Assembly (NCBI GenBank): GCA_040437565.1
Contig: JBDOQK010000002.1
Location: 1 to 64,000 of the forward strand
Direction of reading: 5' to 3'
From: Albugo candida
Lineage: Eukaryota
DNA length: 64,000 nucleotides
Part shown: piece after piece, positions 60,938 through 64,000 of the stretch
Layout of the letters: the number at the start of each line of letters is the position of its first letter
Numbering within the stretch: the first letter of the stretch is position 1
Program-made: the position numbers and the translations under genes
The notes under the pieces: generated by a model
What the model was told of the DNA's origin: nothing
Databases searched by the model: none
What the model saw: only the letters and a program-made list of their open reading frames with translations

Positions 60938-62599
60938 ATGAAGATATATCCACTCATATGTATGCACTCATTCCAGTGTATTTTCGCATATAATGATTTC
61001 CAGATATTGCAGCAGCCAGAAGTGATCATGTCAGAGTGCGCGCAAAATGGTCGTAATGCGCAGACTACCAGTAGAACGCTGATTGTAGATTTAAATGTGG
61101 TCGTAAGTCGCTTTGAAAGTCGACTTATTAGCTTTAACACTCGGAGCTACAGTGGCCGTATCCCTGCACCAACGATCAAAGTCTGCAGAGGAGATACATT
61201 GCGCATGCGAATTGCCAATATGCTCAGCGAACAAGAAGATGCCAATATTACAAATCTACACACACATGGTCTCCACGTATCTCCGGAAATGCATTTCGAC
61301 AATGTGTTTACCAAAATCAAATCAGGAGAAGCGCGTGAATATGTGTACGACATTGCGTCTGAGCATCCCACCGGGACATTCTGGTACCATCCACATCATC
61401 ACGGCTCCGTGAACACGCAAATCTCTGGTCTTATGGCTGGCGCTCTGATTGTTGTGGATGATGAGCATCACCCACTCTTTCCTCCTCAATTGGCACTGAT
61501 GGATGACGTCGTAATGATTCTGCAAGGAATTTGTTTCATAAACTGTACCAACAACCACGATACAATCATTAGTGCTCTGGTGAATCGATATGGCGAAATA
61601 GAGCCTCGAACCACAGATTTCTGGACACAGGTGACGGTTGATGCGTCAATATCAATGATGCAAGATCTCACGCAAGTACATGTGTTTGTGAATGGACAAT
61701 ACGTTCCGAGACTTAGTCTGATAAGATGGGAATTCAAGCGACTTCGATGGATCAATGCGATATCCAACAATCTCATTGAGCTTATTGCACCTGGTTGTGA
61801 GATGTATACGATAGCAATGGATGGTGTGTATCGAAATGGACCTCCAGTGCAGAAGACAGTTGTTGTGATACCTCCGGGTGGCAGATGTGACATACTGATA
61901 CGCTGCACGCAGGAAGGTACGTATGTGCTCTCAGCTGAATCCGCTGCATCACGAGTTCATTTGCTCGGAAAGGTGAACGATCACCGTGTTGCATCTCAGC
62001 CAGTTCTGACACTTGAGGTGTACGAAGCCATTGACAGAATACCGACACCCGTCACAACATTGCCTCTCAACCTTCCATTCGAGCATGAGCACATATCGAG
62101 TCTTTTAAGCATTTCTTCAGCGGCTATTCCAGAATACAGCAAATACGACTATGAATTCTCAATGGAAACAGTTACCGAACCCAATATTCCGAACAAGTCG
62201 AAAGACATATACTCTGTGAATCGCAAAGTATTTGACGAAGAGTACATCAATCACACAATGCGAGTCAATGAAGTACAGGAGTGGCAGATTTCGACTCGGA
62301 ATTATGGAAGTGGATGTGATCCCATGCAACATAGTCAACTTCCATGCAAACGTCTCGTGCATCCGTTCCACATTCACGCGACTAACTTCCAAATCGTTGC
62401 GAAAGAAAAAGATTTCGATCCATTTGATTTGCTGTATGAAGTTGGCCAATGGCGCGATACGATTCCGATTTACCATGAGGCCAAGATCTTGATCCGATTC
62501 ATGCCGAAAAACCATATGATTGGTAGAATTCTGACGCATTGTCACATCTCATCGCATTCTGATCAAGGAATGGCGCAATTGACGCAAGTTGTGGCTTGA
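60938..62599 (+). CDS. Three-domain multicopper oxidase, putatively secreted, intronless (paralog of 51200-52991)
   Basis: HTHGLHVSP, WYHPHHHG, HPFHIH and HCHISSHSDQGM; shares SFNTR, IPAPTIKVC, MDD.VMILQGIC and PPGGR with the paralog. Confidence 0.95.
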   Translation: MKIYPLICMHSFQCIFAYNDFQILQQPEVIMSECAQNGRNAQTTSRTLIVDLNVVVSRFESRLISFNTRSYSGRIPAPTIKVCRGDTLRMRIANMLSEQEDANITNLHTHGLHVSPEMHFDNVFTKIKSGEAREYVYDIASEHPTGTFWYHPHHHGSVNTQISGLMAGALIVVDDEHHPLFPPQLALMDDVVMILQGICFINCTNNHDTIISALVNRYGEIEPRTTDFWTQVTVDASISMMQDLTQVHVFVNGQYVPRLSLIRWEFKRLRWINAISNNLIELIAPGCEMYTIAMDGVYRNGPPVQKTVVVIPPGGRCDILIRCTQEGTYVLSAESAASRVHLLGKVNDHRVASQPVLTLEVYEAIDRIPTPVTTLPLNLPFEHEHISSLLSISSAAIPEYSKYDYEFSMETVTEPNIPNKSKDIYSVNRKVFDEEYINHTMRVNEVQEWQISTRNYGSGCDPMQHSQLPCKRLVHPFHIHATNFQIVAKEKDFDPFDLLYEVGQWRDTIPIYHEAKILIRFMPKNHMIGRILTHCHISSHSDQGMAQLTQVVA

Positions 62600-62653
62600 T
62601 GTGGACTACACTATGCATGTCGTACTCGAAAATAGTGTTATACAAAACGTTGG

Positions 62654-64000
62654 ATGAGTCCAAGTACAAGTCGAGAAGCGCTACTTGGAGAAGCGCTCCG
62701 ACGAGCCGAAACGCATGCGTCTGAGATGAAACGAGCGATGGATGCAAACGAATTGGATAATTTTCTGTCAAATGCTGCATCTTGCTTCCAAGAATTACAA
62801 ACAGATCATTTGTCACCGAAAGAATACTATCAATTATGTACGACCTTTTGATCGGACCATCCGATTTTGCAGTCATATTGCTTTCCGTTGTGTCAGATAC
62901 AAAGATTTCGGATGAAATGAGTCAATTGGGAGAGTTCCTGAAGACTTTGAAGGGCTCTGATACGAGTGCACAAGAACTGTATGAACGCGTACAATGGAAC
63001 CCTCGTATCATTCCTCGATTGTAAGCGTTCTGCTTTTTGTTTGTACTGTTGCATCCCCGAACGAAACGTTTGTGCTAGATACACGCTCATTAGCGTCGGT
63101 ATGGTTCTGATGGATGAGAAGCCGGTGCTGGAGATCCTGGCCGATCTTCTGGATATGGTGAAAGGCGTTCAATCACCCTTGCGTGGCCTCTTTCTTCGCT
63201 ACTACTTGATGACTACCTGTAAAACACATCTGGCTCGCTGCAAAGACTCGGTTGAAGATATGGTCGATCTTTTGATGCACAATTTGTCAGAGACAAGTCG
63301 ACTTTGGATTCGTATACAGAAGCAAAATCTCGACAGTAGGATGAAAAATTCAATGGAGCGGGAAAAGGAACGAAGAGAGCTTCAAGTGTTGGTCGGAAGT
63401 AGTTTAGTGCGACTGAGTGAACTGAATGGATTGACCTCGCAGATTTACTCGGATCGGATCTTACCACCAGCACTGGCTCTGATCACAAATTCCAAGGATG
63501 AACTCACGCAGCAATACTTTTTGGATTGCATAATTCAAGTCTTCCCGGATGATTTTCACGTGCAGAATGTCGACTTATTGCTGGACACTTTCACCAAATG
63601 CCTCGAAAATGTCGATGTCGCAAGCATTTTGAAGACACTTTTGGAACGCTTAAAAAATCACAATGAATCTTTAAAAGCTTCCCAGTCAATATTCGCATGG
63701 AAGGTGCAAAACGAAGAAGTCGATCTCTTTCATCAGCTTTTGAGAACAATTGTCAGCATTTCAGAGAAAAGCAGGAGAATGAGCTACGTCCTTTCAACGT
63801 CAATGGTTTCATTGTTCATAGCGATTGTCAAATCACATGAAGGCTGGCTGCGAGGAGATGTGGAACGTATCACCGATTTTGTCTCATGCATATCGACTTT
63901 TGTTCAGTTCCATTGTGAAGATCTCGAGCACGAGTTGGACGTACGGAAAAGCGAGTTCGATAATGCCATTGAAGATTTACTGTTGGCTGTATTATGCATT
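62654..64000 (+). CDS. VPS35: Retromer subunit VPS35-like, 5' part, runs off the window
   Basis: LSPKEYYQL, LYERVQW...IIPRL/Y, KGVQSPLRGLFLRYYL, NLSETSRLWIRIQ, REKERRELQVLVG and QQYFLDCIIQVFPDDFH. Confidence 0.9.

Overview
Eukaryotic genomic scaffold from an oomycete, most likely an Albugo-type white rust (inferred from short GT-AG introns, very compact gene packing, oomycete-type gene families and retained ciliary genes). It has six 100-N gaps and two sharply different compartments. Positions 1 to ~28 kb are gene-sparse and degenerate: the 5' LTR, PBS and gag start of a Copia element abutting telomere-like (CCCTTAA)3, a strand-biased low-complexity tract, an RTE-like LINE with a 12-bp TSD inserted in a choline/ethanolamine-phosphotransferase pseudogene, a Ku70 pseudogene, a TIR-bounded Tc1/mariner (DDE_3) transposon, histidine-phosphatase and Nup96 pseudogenes, and a Mutator-like MITE. 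Positions ~28-64 kb are gene-dense: U2 snRNA, ECD/SGT1, tRNA-Gly(TCC), USP10/Ubp3, Mog1, OSCP1, a large WW-WW-FYVE-helical-zinc-finger protein, a mitochondrial carrier, NOM1/Sgd1, a CudA-like transcription factor, two paralogous multicopper oxidases, a membrane protein, CFAP221-like, dynamitin, a Cys-rich membrane protein and a divergent VPS35. Three apparent duplications sit across N gaps and look like assembly overlaps. I found no clear-cut new biological system. The best leads are the block of decayed genomic copies of housekeeping genes (including Ku70), the telomere-like/low-complexity left end, the WW-FYVE-zinc-finger protein and the multicopper oxidase pair. All family assignments are from motif recognition by eye; no searches were run.
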